Origin: Mycobacteriales bacterium
Lineage (GTDB): Bacteria > Actinomycetota > Actinomycetes > DATLTS01
Assembly (NCBI GenBank): GCA_035533475.1
Contig: DATLTS010000046.1
Location: 2,229-66,228 of the forward strand
Direction: 5' to 3'
Length of the DNA stretch: 64,000 nt
The notes beneath the pieces are model-generated. The model was not told the origin of the DNA. It did no database searches and saw only the letters and a program-made list of their open reading frames with translations. Position 1 is the stretch's first letter. Every line of letters begins with the position of its first letter. Shown piece after piece: positions 32,500-42,438 of the stretch. The position numbers and the translations under genes are program-made.

Positions 32500-32997
32500 C
32501 TATCGCCTGGACACCGCACGCCGGGCGGTGCCCGTCGACCCGGCCGATGCTCCTGCGCTGTAGAGCCGGCCGACGAGATCCTCGAGCAGGTTCGCGAGGC
32601 TCCGTCGCCTGGCGTCGGTCATGCTGGCGAGCGAAGCCGCGAGTTGGCGGCGCATGTGGTCGCGCAGCCGCTGCCGGGTCCGCCGGCCGGCCGGCGTCGC
32701 CGCGTAGACCACCACCCGTCGGTCGGCGGGGTCCCCGGCTCGGGCCAGCAGTCCTTCCTCCTCCAGCTGGAGAAGCGAGCGGCTAGCGGTGGGCTGGCTC
32801 ACGTCGAGCAGCGCGGCCAGCCGGGACACCGAGATCGGTCCGGAGTCGGCAACCGTCGAAAGCAACCGGAAGTTCGCCCGGGACAGCTGCACCCCGCTGG
32901 CCCTGGCCCGCGCCTCGTGCACCCGAGGGGACATGGTGAGCCGCATCAGCTCACTCAGCGCGGCATCGATTCGCCGGATGTCCGCATCGTCCTCCAC
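32500..32997 (-). CDS. MarR-family transcriptional regulator
   Basis: Winged helix region LSRANFRLLSTVADSGPISVSRLAALLDVSQPTASRSLLQLEEEGLLAR...RR..V..T..G. Confidence 0.85.
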   Translation of the reverse strand: MEDDADIRRIDAALSELMRLTMSPRVHEARARASGVQLSRANFRLLSTVADSGPISVSRLAALLDVSQPTASRSLLQLEEEGLLARAGDPADRRVVVYAATPAGRRTRQRLRDHMRRQLAASLASMTDARRRSLANLLEDLVGRLYSAGASAGSTGTARRAVSRR

Positions 32998-33071
32998 CAG
33001 CCCACCCTTCGTATGCGTGCCGAAACTATCTACACGTGGTCGGGGTTCATGTCACCGGCTAGCGTCGGGAG

Positions 33072-34175
33072 ATGCCGTCGCCGCTCGATGAGTACCCGAT
33101 CCATCAGACCTCACGATCGATGCGGACTGTGGAATCGAGCGACCCCAACTTCTACGACCGCTGCTACGTCAACGCCCACGATCGCAGCGGCGACGTTTTC
33201 CTGGTGGCGGGCCTCGGCGTTTATCCAAACCTCGGCGTCATCGATGCCTTCGCCGTCGTCCGGCATGGGGGCCGCCAGCACGCACTCCGGTGCTCCGACC
33301 AGCTACCCGAGGACCGGCTCCAACAACGCGTCGGGGCGTTCGCGGTCGAGGTACTCGAGCCTCTGCGCAGACTACGTCTCACCTGTACCGGCGATGAACT
33401 CGGAATCGCCTTCGACCTCACCTGGGAGGGGTCCTTCCCGGCCACCGAGGAACCGCCGCACACGCTGTACGCCGGCACCCGTCGGATCGTCGACGCCTCC
33501 CGGTTCGCGCAGGTGGGGACTTGGGAGGGTCGGCTCCGGGCCGGCGGGTCCGAGTGGACCGTCACCCCGGATCGCTGGGTCGGCAGCCGGGACCGGTCCT
33601 GGGGTATCCGGCCGGTGGGCGAGCCCGAGCCTCCCGGGCGAGCAGCGCACGAGCCAATCGCCGGCTTCTGGTGGCTATACATCCCGATCCGCTTCGAGAG
33701 CTACGCGGTCGTCCTCATCGCCCAGGAGGATCCGGACGGTTTTCGCAGTCTCAACGAGGCGATCCGCGTGCACCCGGACGGCCGGATCGAGCAACTCGGC
33801 TGGCCCCGGGTCCAGATCGGCTACCGGAGCGGGACTCGGCACCCCGAGCACGCACTCATCGGGCTGACCGACAGCTCCGGACGCCCGCTCCGGCTCGAGA
33901 TCGACACACTCACGGCAGTGGCGTTGAACGTCGGCGCCGGTTACGGAGGGGACCCAGACTGGACCCACGGCCAGTGGCGGGGGCCCGCCTGGCGGGATAG
34001 TGCGGTCTACGACCTGGCCAGTCCGGAGGTCGCGAGCCGCATCCCCTTCGGGGTGGTCGACCACGTGGCGCGGGCGAGCCTCGACGGAGCCGAGGGCTGG
34101 GGGCTGTTCGAGCATGCTTCGATCGGCCGGCACGATCCCTCCGGTTTTGCGGACTGGGCAGCTGTCGCCCGCTGA
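33072..34175 (+). CDS. Conserved hypothetical protein (367 aa)
   Basis: Long clean ORF divergent from the MarR gene, no transmembrane segments, no family recognised by eye. Confidence 0.55.
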   Translation: MPSPLDEYPIHQTSRSMRTVESSDPNFYDRCYVNAHDRSGDVFLVAGLGVYPNLGVIDAFAVVRHGGRQHALRCSDQLPEDRLQQRVGAFAVEVLEPLRRLRLTCTGDELGIAFDLTWEGSFPATEEPPHTLYAGTRRIVDASRFAQVGTWEGRLRAGGSEWTVTPDRWVGSRDRSWGIRPVGEPEPPGRAAHEPIAGFWWLYIPIRFESYAVVLIAQEDPDGFRSLNEAIRVHPDGRIEQLGWPRVQIGYRSGTRHPEHALIGLTDSSGRPLRLEIDTLTAVALNVGAGYGGDPDWTHGQWRGPAWRDSAVYDLASPEVASRIPFGVVDHVARASLDGAEGWGLFEHASIGRHDPSGFADWAAVAR

Positions 34176-34252
34176 CCTCCGATTGCCGTCTTGTTTCGGC
34201 GGCCATTCCCCAGACAGAATCTGACGATCCGTCAGAACGTCGGGGAGGAAAT

Positions 34253-35160
34253 GTGCTGAGGAATGCTCGCGTACTCGTCACCGGCGTGACCAGCCCGGTT
34301 GCCCGCCCGGTGGCGGTCGCCCTGGCCAGGGACAACCAGGTCATCGGAGCCGCCCGGTTCCGGGACGAGACGCTCCGGTCGTCCCTGGCTGCGGAGGGGG
34401 TGTCCACCGCCAGGCTGGACCTGGTCGGAGGTGACCTCGACGATCTTCCGGCAGAGGTCGACTACGTCCTGCACTTCGCCGTCGTCAAGAGCAACAAGTG
34501 GTCGGTCGACCTTGACGGCAACGTCGGCGGATTGGCGCTTCTCATGGAGCGCTACCAGCAGGCCCGGGGCTTTCTGCACTGCAGCACGACGGCGGTCTAC
34601 CAGCCCGACGGGCATCGTGCCTTCGACGAGGATGCCCCCTCGGTGACAGCCACCGCAATTATTTCCTGCCGACCTACAGCATCGCCAAGATCGCGGCGGA
34701 GGCCGTAGCCCGGCACGGCGCACGGCGCTGGCAGCTACCCACGACCATCGCCCGGCTCAGCGTCCCCTACGGCAACGGTGGCGGCTGGCCGGCGTTCCAC
34801 CTGGCCCTGATGGCGCAAGGGTCGGACATCGCCATTCACCATGACGCCCCAAGCGTCTACCACCCGTTGCACGAGGACGACATCGTCGCGATGGTGCCAC
34901 GGCTTCTCGATGTCGCGGGGGTGCCGGCGACGGTGGTCAACTGGGGCGGCGACGAACCGGTGAGCGTCGAGGACTGGTGTGCCTACCTAGGCGAGCTGAC
35001 CGGCCTCCGGCCCCGGCTCGTCCCGACCGACCAGGCCCTGCGCAGTGTCCAGCTGGACCTGTCCCGAATGCACGAACTGGTCGGCCACCCGACGGTCCCC
35101 TGGCACGATGGGTTCCGCCGGATGGTCGGGGCGATCCGGCCCGACCTGCTTCGGGCATGA
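34253..35160 (+). pseudogene. NAD-dependent epimerase/dehydratase, apparent frameshift at a C5 tract near 34640
   Basis: Frame A (34253-34708) encodes the Rossmann N-terminus (VLVTGVTSPVARP...HCSTTAVY). The catalytic YxxxK motif (PTYSIAK) and the C-terminal half are in another frame that runs to 35160. The joint is at gatgccccctcgg; one extra C would restore a continuous ~300-aa protein. Confidence 0.5.
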
Positions 35161-35166
35161 CCGGGT

Positions 35167-36242
35167 TCAGATGCCGGTCGCCAGGCCGTCGAGCACGCGG
35201 TTCGCCTGAACCACGATCCGCTCGATGAGCTCCGCGCAACTCGGCAGGTCGTCGATTACGCCGACGACCTGGCCGGCGGCCATGACTCCGAGATCGGCCC
35301 GCCCGTCGACCATGGCGGCGCGAAGCATCGTCGGCGTGTTCGCCGCCATCAGCACCTGGCTCCAGCTCAGCTGGTGGCTCCTGCGCATGGCCAACCCTTC
35401 CCGGGCGATTTCCGGCCACGACGTTCCCGACCGACGCTGGAACTCCCGCGCGCTGCGTACCGACCGGGTCAACCGACGCAGGCCGCCGCTGGACTCCAGC
35501 CGGTCGACCAGGGCACTGCGCAGAACTCGGTGCGGAATGCCGTCGACCTGCGTGGTCACGACGGTGTCGGTCACCGACCGGGCCAGATAGTGCTCCTTCA
35601 CGCCTTGCGGCACCGGACTGTCGCGGGTCAGCAGGAACCGCGTTCCCATAGCCACCCCGGCGGCGCCATAGGCGAGCGCCGCGACGAGACCGCGCCCGTC
35701 GAAGAAACCCCCCGCGGCGATGACCGGGACGTCGACGGTATCGACCACCTGGGGTAAGAGCAGGCTGGTCGGAACCGGACCGGTGTGGCCACCACCCTCG
35801 CCACCCTGCACGAGCACAGCGTCCACGCCCCAGGCGGCGACTTTCTCGGCATGTCGCTTCGCGCCGATCGAGGGCATGACGAGGACTCCGCCCCCCTGCA
35901 GCCGCCGGATCAGCTCCGGCTTGGGAGCCAGCGCGAACGACGCCACCCGCACTCCGGTCTCGATGAGTAGGTCGATGCGCTGCGCGATGTCGCCCTGATC
36001 GGCGCGCATGTTCACCCCGAACGGCGCGTCAGTACGCTCCCGCATCTCGCCGATCGCCCGGCGCAACCCCTCGAGGGACATCGTCGCCGCGGCCAGGATC
36101 CCGAGGCCGCCGGCGGCCGACGTTGCCGCGGCAAGCGGTGGTTCGGCCACCCAGCCCATCCCGGTCTGAACGATCGGATAACGGATCCCGAAAAGGTCAC
36201 AGATCGGCGTCCGGAGCGCCCGATGCGGCTCGACGGTCATCC
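35167..36242 (-). CDS. Nitronate monooxygenase-family flavoprotein (IpdC-like)
   Basis: NMO/2-nitropropane dioxygenase fold (GIRYPIVQTGMGWVA..., GGEGGGHTG). It sits downstream of the CoA transferase A/B pair, as ipdC does in HIP catabolic clusters. Confidence 0.8.
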
Positions 36243-36968
36243 GTCCACCTCCCGGTAACGCTCGCCGTCCGGATCGATCCGCCTCAGCCACTCGAGTTCG
36301 TCCGAGGTGGGCAGCCGGGTCTCAGCCAGGTCGCTAGCCAGCTGGAGGTCGAATCCGGTCGCCCGCTTGACGTCCTCGGCGCTGACTCCCGGGTGCACCG
36401 ATCGGAGCCGCATCCGGTGGTCCGCGGTCTGAAAGTCGAGCACCGCAAGGTCGCTCACCACGTAGCGCAGCTCGTGGTAGCGGCTCGCGGCAGGGCCGGC
36501 CGCAAGCGCCCGTTCGTACCCGACTCCGCTGACGACATCGACCCGCTCCACGAAGACGCGCGGCGAATGGTTGGGCACCCAGTAGCTCGTCACGTTGTTG
36601 ACCGTGTTACCAGGGGCTCCACGGAACCCGAGCAACTGAACCCTGGGTCGCACCATGTCGCCGATCGCGGCGAAGTTCTGGTTGCCGAAGACGTCGATCT
36701 GGCTCCCGCCCATGATCACGTGCCGCCGACCAGACCACACGACGTCGAACATCGATCGGTACGGATTCCAGGACTCGATCGCGCCGGAGCGGTCGGTGAA
36801 CATCGCCTCCCCGTCGGTCATCACCAGGTCGGGTTCGAAGGTGAGCCGGGCGAGCAAGCCACCGATCCGGGGGATGGTCCCGATCGGGTTGGCCACGATC
36901 TCCCCATCCCCCCGGAAGCACTCGGCGATCGCCACCGCACAGACATCGGCCCGCCGCGGGCTACTCAT
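36237..36968 (-). CDS. CoA transferase subunit B (IpdB-like)
   Basis: 3-oxoacid/glutaconate CoA-transferase beta-subunit features. Overlaps subunit A by 4 nt. Confidence 0.85.
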   Translation of the reverse strand: MSSPRRADVCAVAIAECFRGDGEIVANPIGTIPRIGGLLARLTFEPDLVMTDGEAMFTDRSGAIESWNPYRSMFDVVWSGRRHVIMGGSQIDVFGNQNFAAIGDMVRPRVQLLGFRGAPGNTVNNVTSYWVPNHSPRVFVERVDVVSGVGYERALAAGPAASRYHELRYVVSDLAVLDFQTADHRMRLRSVHPGVSAEDVKRATGFDLQLASDLAETRLPTSDELEWLRRIDPDGERYREVDG

Positions 36969-37822
36969 CGGTCGGCGAGCTTGCGCTGGTAGTCGGACTC
37001 CGTGAGGTCGATCCAGGCCGCACGGAACGCCGCCCAGTCCTCCGCGGACCGGGCTGACTGGGCATACTCACGTTGGAACGCCTCGTCCCGGTCATAGTCG
37101 GGAAGGCACGAGGTGAAGTGGGCGCCGTTGGGGGTCTCGACCACCCCGTCCGTCCAGAGCCGGCTGATCCGCAGCGTGTGGTGGCTTCCCTCCGCACCGA
37201 ACTGGTCGGTCGCCACGAGTCTTTCGCAGCTGACGAAAGCACGGTCGGCGGCTTGGCACAACAGGTCGTCGAAGTAGAGGTCGGGGCCGAGGAACTGGGC
37301 ATTGCCAGCCATGTCCGCCCGGTTCTGATGGACGAGGGCGACATCGAGGCGCAACGCAGGCATCGCGACCAGCTCCTCCCCGTCGCTGTACGGGGAACGA
37401 ACAGTCCGGAGCTCAGGCTGACGGACGATCAGGTCGGAACCCAGGCCCGCCCGGGTGGGCAGAAAGGGGACCCGCCAGGCAGCCGCCTGAAGCCCGAGCA
37501 GGAACATCCCCTCGTCGAGTTCGAGGCTACCGACGGCCCCAGATTCCCGGGCCCGGCGAAAATGCGGCTCCAGCGGGATGGAGTCCAACGACACGAACGC
37601 GAACACCACCCGTCGAACCTTTCCGGCCGCGCAAAGCAACCCGACGTCCGGGCCGCCGTACGACACCACGGTGAGATCGGCGAGCCCCGATCGCAGGATG
37701 GCCCGCACCATGGCCATCGGCTTGCGCCGCGAGCCCCAACCGCCGATCCCGATCGTCATCCCGTCGCGCAGCTCCGCGACGACGTCGTCGAGTTCGAGGC
37801 GCTTGTCGGTCACGAGCCGAAC
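36965..37822 (-). CDS. CoA transferase subunit A (IpdA-like)
   Basis: VTDKRLELDDVVAELRDGMTIGIGGWGSRRKP..., a CoA-transferase alpha-subunit fold. Start taken at the internal GTG. The listed 453-aa ORF extends spuriously into the hydratase gene. Confidence 0.85.
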   Translation of the reverse strand, partial: VRLVTDKRLELDDVVAELRDGMTIGIGGWGSRRKPMAMVRAILRSGLADLTVVSYGGPDVGLLCAAGKVRRVVFAFVSLDSIPLEPHFRRARESGAVGSLELDEGMFLLGLQAAAWRVPFLPTRAGLGSDLIVRQPELRTVRSPYSDGEELVAMPALRLDVALVHQNRADMAGNAQFLGPDLYFDDLLCQAADRAFVSCERLVATDQFGAEGSHHTLRISRLWTDGVVETPNGAHFTSCLPDYDRDEAFQREYAQSARSAEDWAAFRAAWIDLTESDYQRKLADR

Positions 37823-38577
37823 GTCGGTTCGCGGTTCTCGACGAAGGCGTCCCGCGCCTCGTCGGACACGCCGGTGAGATTCAGCTCGAACGTGAAACCC
37901 TGTTCGAACCGGTAGCTGCGCCGGACGTCCACCGGATCGATCCCATTGAGCGATTCCTTCGCCGCCCGGATCACCATCGGGCTCTTCCCGGCAATAACCG
38001 CGGCGAGCTCTCGCGCGGCGCTCCGCAACTGGGCCACCGGGACCACCTTGAGGATCGACCCGTAGCCGGCCAGTTCGGCGGCGCTGGCACGTTCCGACGT
38101 ATAGACCATCTGGCGCATCCGCTGCAGGGGGACAAGCCTGGCGAGGTGGGTAGCGGCGCCCAGCGCGCCCCGGTCGACCTCGGGCAAGCCGAAGGTCGCG
38201 TCCTCCGCCGCGACAACGATGTCGGCGTTGCCCACCAGTCCGATCCCACCGCCAAGGCAGAAGCCATGAACCGCCGCGATGACCGGCACCGCGCATTCGT
38301 ACACCGCGGCAAAAGCCGCCGCGCATCCTCGATTGGCGCCAACGAGCCCCGTGAATCCCGCTGCGGCCTGGATCTCCTTGATGTCGACCCCAGCGTTGAA
38401 TCCACGGCCCTCGGCAGCCAGGATCACCACTCGAACTGTCGGATCCTCGCCGGCGCGGCGGAGAGTCTCAGCCAATTCGAACCACCCGGCAATGGTCAGC
38501 GCATTCACCGGCGGGGCGTCCACGACGACTTCGGCGATTCCGTCTCGCACCAAGCACGTGGTCACCATCGACGACAC
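37810..38577 (-). CDS. Enoyl-CoA hydratase/isomerase (EchA20-like)
   Basis: Crotonase fold: VVILAAEGRGFNAGVDIKE..., AAVHGFCLGGGIGL.... Confidence 0.85.
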   Translation of the reverse strand: MSSMVTTCLVRDGIAEVVVDAPPVNALTIAGWFELAETLRRAGEDPTVRVVILAAEGRGFNAGVDIKEIQAAAGFTGLVGANRGCAAAFAAVYECAVPVIAAVHGFCLGGGIGLVGNADIVVAAEDATFGLPEVDRGALGAATHLARLVPLQRMRQMVYTSERASAAELAGYGSILKVVPVAQLRSAARELAAVIAGKSPMVIRAAKESLNGIDPVDVRRSYRFEQGFTFELNLTGVSDEARDAFVENREPTFGS

Positions 38578-38633
38578 ACTTTCTGATAGAGAGTCAGATC
38601 TGCTGACACCATAGACAACCGAGGGAGATCGCC

Positions 38634-39428
38634 ATGGTGCAGGCGCCCGGGAACGATCTCGCCGGACGGGTCGCCCTCGTGACCGGTGGCACCAAGGGCC
38701 TCGGCCGCGGGCTGACCGAGGCTTTTCTCCGCGCCGGAGCCAACGTCGTCACCTGTGCCCGAACGGCGGCGGACACCTGTCCCGAAGTCGACGGCCGCAG
38801 CGCGGTCTTCGTCGCCGCCGACCTCCGCGACCCGGCGGGAGCGGAGGCTGTCGTGACGGCCACGATCGGTGAATTCGGCCGCCTCGACATCTGCGTGAAT
38901 AGCGCGGGCGGTTCCCCGCCCGCGGCCGCGGCCACCGTCTCCCCACGCTTCGTGGAACGGATCGTGGCACTGAACCTGCTCGCTCCCTTCTATGTCGCGC
39001 AGCGGGCCAACGCCGTCATGCAGGCTCAGGACGATGGCGGCGTCATCATCAATATCGGCAGCATCTCCGGCAACCGACCGTCTCCGGGCACCGCCGCCTA
39101 CGGCGCTGCCAAGGCCGGATTGGCGAACTTGACCGGATCGCTGGCGATGGAGTGGGCCCCCCGGGTCCGCGTGAACTGCATCGTCGTCGGCTACCTGAGA
39201 ACCGAGCGCGTCGAGCTTCACTACGGCGATCCGGCGGGCGTCGCGGCCGTGGAACGGACCATTCCGATGGGGCGGCTGGTCGAAGCCTCCGATGTCGCGG
39301 CGGCTTGCCTGTTTCTCGCCTCCGACCCGGCGGCTTACCTCACCGGCACGACGATCGCCGTCCATGGCGGCGGGGAACCCCCGCCGTTCCTTGCCGCCGC
39401 CCGGGCCCGGCCCGAAGCCAGCGATTAG
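38634..39428 (+). CDS. Short-chain dehydrogenase/reductase (SDR)
   Basis: TGGTKGLGRG Rossmann motif, NSAG and the Y..AK catalytic motif (YGAAKAG). Confidence 0.85.
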   Translation: MVQAPGNDLAGRVALVTGGTKGLGRGLTEAFLRAGANVVTCARTAADTCPEVDGRSAVFVAADLRDPAGAEAVVTATIGEFGRLDICVNSAGGSPPAAAATVSPRFVERIVALNLLAPFYVAQRANAVMQAQDDGGVIINIGSISGNRPSPGTAAYGAAKAGLANLTGSLAMEWAPRVRVNCIVVGYLRTERVELHYGDPAGVAAVERTIPMGRLVEASDVAAACLFLASDPAAYLTGTTIAVHGGGEPPPFLAAARARPEASD

Positions 39429-39437
39429 CATTCCCCC

Positions 39438-40100
39438 GTGGTCAAACCTGATGCCGCGTCAGTTCCGCGTGCGGCCGACGGCCGACTGCCGGGCCGACGC
39501 GGTCTGGCCACCCGGCAAAAGCTCGTCGACTGCACCCGTGACCTGCTGGCGACGACCCGGTACCGCGATCTCAAGGTCACCGACATCACGCGCTCGGCCG
39601 GTACCTCGTCGGCCACGTTCTACCAGTACTTCCTCGACCTGGAAGCTGTCATGCTCGCGGTCGCCGAGGAGACCGCCGAGGAGGGGCTCGAGCTCGCCCG
39701 GCTGATCGCGGATCACAAGTGGCAGGGGGCGGCCGGACTGACCAGCGCGGGGGACCTGGTCGACGGCTTTCTCGAATTCTGGCGGGCCCATCGTCCGCAG
39801 TTGCGGGTGCTCGACCTGCTCACGTCCGAGGGTGATGAGCGCTTCCGGCGCACGCGAACGGTCATGCTGAATGCGATTACCCGGGAACTGGCGTCGGCGA
39901 TCACCGCCGTGCGGACGACCGACCGGAACGATGACGTCGATCCGATGGCAATGGCCGGTGCCCTGATCGGAACCCTGGCCAATCTCAGCGCCCACCAGAG
40001 CGGCTTCGAAGCCTGGAACATCCCGATGGCGGAGGTGCGCGAGGCGATGGTGCGGCTGCTCTACTGGGGAGTGACCGGGCCCCGCCTGCCACGGCGCTGA
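39438..40100 (+). CDS. TetR-family transcriptional regulator (KstR2-like by context)
   Basis: N-terminal TetR HTH (RQKLVDCTRDLLATTRYRDLKVTDITRSAGTSSATFYQYF). It is embedded among HIP-degradation-type genes. Confidence 0.75.
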   Translation: MVKPDAASVPRAADGRLPGRRGLATRQKLVDCTRDLLATTRYRDLKVTDITRSAGTSSATFYQYFLDLEAVMLAVAEETAEEGLELARLIADHKWQGAAGLTSAGDLVDGFLEFWRAHRPQLRVLDLLTSEGDERFRRTRTVMLNAITRELASAITAVRTTDRNDDVDPMAMAGALIGTLANLSAHQSGFEAWNIPMAEVREAMVRLLYWGVTGPRLPRR

Positions 40101-40104
40101 CGCC

Positions 40105-41181
40105 TTACCCAGGGCCGCTGGCGACGCCCAGACCGGCCGCGATCGCGACCGCTCGCCGCTGCGCGCGACTGTCGCCGAGTAGCAGTCGCGACGTGGTGGC
40201 CCGCTTGAAATACAGATGTGCCTCGTGCTCCCAGGTGAAGCCAATCCCACCGTGCAACTGGATGGATTCGGCTGCGATGTGAAAGAACGCGTCGCAGCAG
40301 ACGGCCTTTGCCAACGGACCGACCAGGTTGAGCTGGGCCGGCTCCGCCGCCGCGGCCCAAGAGGCGTAGTACCCGGTCGAAGCGGCCGCCTCGAGCTGCA
40401 CCGCCAGATCGGCCGCCCGATGCTGCAGCGCCTGGAACGACCCGATCGGTTGACCGAACTGAACCCGCCTGCGCAGGTAGTCGAGGGTCATCTCCAGGCA
40501 CCGCCGGGCGCCCCCGATCGCCTCGACCGCCAGCGCGACCCGCAGCAGACCGGTCGCAACGTCGGCCGCTTCGGCACCCCCGAGCCGGCTGCCACCCGCG
40601 CCATGCAGAACGACCGAGGCCTGCCGCCGGGTCGGGTCCAAGGTGGCGAGCGGGATGCGCTCCACGGCGGGCTGGTCGGTCTCGATCGCGACCAGCGAAG
40701 GTTCCCCGGCAAGGTCGGCGACGGCGACGAGCAGGTCCGCGGATTCGGCGTCGACAACCTGGTCGAGCCGACCCTCGAGCGTCATCCCGCCCGGTCCCGA
40801 GTCCCCGGTCAGCCCGCGACCCACACAGACCGCGGCGATCCGGCGGCCGGTGGCCAGTTCCGGCAGCAATTCGTCGGCCAGCGCGCCACCCGCGCGCTCG
40901 ATTGCGGCCGCCGCCGTCATCGTCGCCAGCAGCGGCACCGGCAACAGGGCCCGGCCGGCCTCTTCGAAGACGATGCCGGCCTCCACCCAGGACCCCCCCG
41001 CGCCACCGTGCCGCTCCGCGAGGGCCACCCCCGGCAAGCCGAGCTGGCCGGCAACGACCGCCCACATTTCCGGGTCGAATCCGGCGGTCCGGCGGACCCG
41101 GTCGAAGGCCGTGTGATCCTCGGCGAGCGACCTGATCGTGCCGCGGAGCACGTCCTGCTCGGCGGTGAAGGTGAAGTCCAT
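40105..41181 (-). CDS. Acyl-CoA dehydrogenase (short, FadE alpha/beta-type subunit)
   Basis: ACAD C-terminal signature (QLHGGIGFTWEHEAHLYFKRA). 358 aa. Divergent from the next ACAD. Confidence 0.85.
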   Translation of the reverse strand: MDFTFTAEQDVLRGTIRSLAEDHTAFDRVRRTAGFDPEMWAVVAGQLGLPGVALAERHGGAGGSWVEAGIVFEEAGRALLPVPLLATMTAAAAIERAGGALADELLPELATGRRIAAVCVGRGLTGDSGPGGMTLEGRLDQVVDAESADLLVAVADLAGEPSLVAIETDQPAVERIPLATLDPTRRQASVVLHGAGGSRLGGAEAADVATGLLRVALAVEAIGGARRCLEMTLDYLRRRVQFGQPIGSFQALQHRAADLAVQLEAAASTGYYASWAAAAEPAQLNLVGPLAKAVCCDAFFHIAAESIQLHGGIGFTWEHEAHLYFKRATTSRLLLGDSRAQRRAVAIAAGLGVASGPG

Positions 41182-41256
41182 CGGGTCGATCCTAGGACCT
41201 GACGGTGCGTCAGGTCGGCTAAGCTGACTCGTCGTCAGATTCTAGGGAGCCAGCCG

Positions 41257-42438
41257 GTGGACTTCGATTTCACGCCGGAGCAGGAGTCGTTCCTCGCCGA
41301 GGTGGAGCGCTTCCTCGACGAGTGCGCCGATCCCGAGGTCTTCGACCCGACCCGCGAGAATATGGCGCAGATCGTCGACACTCCGGCCCGCCGGGCCTTC
41401 ATGCGGAAGTTGGCCGAGCGGGGTTGGCTGGGAATCACCTGGCCGAAGGCCTGGGGCGGCCAGGACGGCGAGGGCGTCTACGAATACCTGCTCAATGAGG
41501 CCCTGGCCGGGCGTGGCGGTCCGCAGATCGGCAAGGGCGTCGGCATCATCGGAAAGACGTTGCTCCGGCACGGCAGCGAAAAGCTCCAACACGAGTTTCT
41601 GCCGCAAATCCGCAACGCCGAGATCGAGTTCGCCGTCGGCTACAGCGAACCCGATGCCGGGTCCGATGCCGCATCGATGCGCCTCAAGGCCACCAGGGAC
41701 GGAGCCGGCTGGCGGCTCAACGGGCAGAAGATCTGGACCACTTCGGCACACTTCGCCGACTGGTACTGGGTTGGGGCCCGGACCGACCCCGAGGCTCCGA
41801 AGCATCACGGCATCACTTTGTTCCTTGTGCCGATGAACCACCCCGGGCTCACCGTCAAAGCCATCTGGACCATGGGCGACGAACGGACGAACGAGGTGTT
41901 CTTCGACGACGTATGGGTGTCCGACGACTACGTGGTCGGAGAGCTCAACCGGGGCTTCCAGTACATCTCGGAGGCGCTCGACCTCGAGCGCTTCACGATG
42001 TTCACGTTCTCACCGATCAGGCAGCGGCTCGAGCTGCTCATCGGGCACCTGCGGCAGGCTACCCGCGACGGGCAGCCGGTCCGAGACGACCCGGTCGTCC
42101 GATCCCGGGTCGCCCAGCTGGTCACCCAGGCCGAGGTGGCCCGCGTCCTCGGGCTGCGTTTCGTCGCCGAGTCTGCCAAGGGGGACGCTGCCCCGACCAG
42201 CGAGGCCAGCGAATACAAGCTCTACGCCACCGAGTTCTCGAAGCGCCTGGCGGACGCGTCGATGGATCTGTTGGGGCCGGGTTCCCAGCTGCGGGTCGGG
42301 ACAGCCGAGGCCCCCTTGGCCGGGCGCGCGGAGTCGACCTACCGTTACACCGTTCTGGACACGATCGGCGGTGGCACCTCCGAGGTGCAGAAGAACATCA
42401 TCGCCCGTCGCAAGCTTGGCCTGCCGAAGAACTTCTGA
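41257..42438 (+). CDS. Acyl-CoA dehydrogenase
   Basis: MDFDFTPEQESF...GWLGITWPKAWGGQ..., the classical ACAD N-terminus and core. Confidence 0.85.
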   Translation: MDFDFTPEQESFLAEVERFLDECADPEVFDPTRENMAQIVDTPARRAFMRKLAERGWLGITWPKAWGGQDGEGVYEYLLNEALAGRGGPQIGKGVGIIGKTLLRHGSEKLQHEFLPQIRNAEIEFAVGYSEPDAGSDAASMRLKATRDGAGWRLNGQKIWTTSAHFADWYWVGARTDPEAPKHHGITLFLVPMNHPGLTVKAIWTMGDERTNEVFFDDVWVSDDYVVGELNRGFQYISEALDLERFTMFTFSPIRQRLELLIGHLRQATRDGQPVRDDPVVRSRVAQLVTQAEVARVLGLRFVAESAKGDAAPTSEASEYKLYATEFSKRLADASMDLLGPGSQLRVGTAEAPLAGRAESTYRYTVLDTIGGGTSEVQKNIIARRKLGLPKNF

